8,603 nucleotides of DNA. Source: Octopus sinensis. Lineage: Eukaryota. Positions within the stretch are counted from its first letter, which is position 1, and each line of letters opens with the position of its first letter. The stretch is taken from the NCBI RefSeq assembly GCF_006345805.1, contig NW_021828397.1, positions 1 to 8,603 of the forward strand, given 5' to 3'. Shown here piece after piece: positions 8,060-8,603 of this stretch. Made by a program: the position numbers and the translations under genes. Under the pieces are notes generated by a model, which was given only the letters and a program-made list of their open reading frames with translations, was not told the origin of the DNA and made no database searches.

Positions 8060-8400
8060 ATTTGTTTTCCTTCCTTTTTTTTTCTTTTTTTTTGTTCTGA
8101 GCATGTGCTTGTATACGTTTGTATGTATCTATGTATGTATGTTTGTATGTATCTATGTGTCTGTATCACGTTTCACGTATTTATTTACTTATTTATTTAA
8201 CACCGTTTCGTCGCTTTATCAAACGGATTTCTTCATTAGCACACATTTTATAACATTAACCATATTCCACGACGTCTTTATTTTCATTTTCTTTCTTAAT
8301 ATTTTCTTCTATCCTCCTATTTTTTCTTCCTCTCTTTTCTTCTTTCTTTCTTTCTATCTATTTTTTTTTCCTTTCTATTTTTTCGTTCTGTTTTCAATTC
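8060..8400. repeat. T-rich low-complexity sequence with a (TATG)n tract
   Basis: Poly-T/TTTC at 8060-8097 and 8280-8400; TATG units at 8103-8160. Confidence 0.7.
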
Positions 8401-8428
8401 TTATTCAGTATATAAATTTTCTTTAATC

Positions 8429-8603
8429 AAGGCGGCGAAATGGCAGAAACGTTAGAGCGCCGGACGAAATGCTAAGCGGTATTTCGCCTGTCGTTACGTT
8501 GTGAGTTCAAATTCCGCCGAGGTCGACTTTGCCTTTCATCCTTTCGGGGTCGATAAGTAAAGTACCAATTTCGCACTGGGGTCGATGTAATCGACTTAAT
8601 CCC
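8429..8603 (+). mobile_element. tRNA-derived SINE (family 3), copy E, runs off the window end
   Basis: AAGGCGGCGAAATGGCAGAAACGTTAG (A-box-like) and GAGTTCAAATTCC (B-box-like). Colinear with copy D and the reverse complement of copies B and C. Confidence 0.9.

Overview
AT-rich, microsatellite-dense, non-coding eukaryotic DNA. The SINE families resemble, from memory only, those of octopus/coleoid cephalopods. No ORF-track entry is a credible protein; most are translations of simple repeats. The window holds about nine fragments of three tRNA-derived SINE families, many di- and tri-nucleotide tracts, and one weak candidate terminal exon (301-420). The key observation is a complete type I hammerhead ribozyme motif on the + strand at 2328-2381. 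It has every conserved core nucleotide, three pairable stems and a GUA cleavage site after 2374. It lies in otherwise unannotated, hairpin-rich sequence, with no second copy and no Penelope-like ORF visible. An upstream segment could pair with it and block the active fold.
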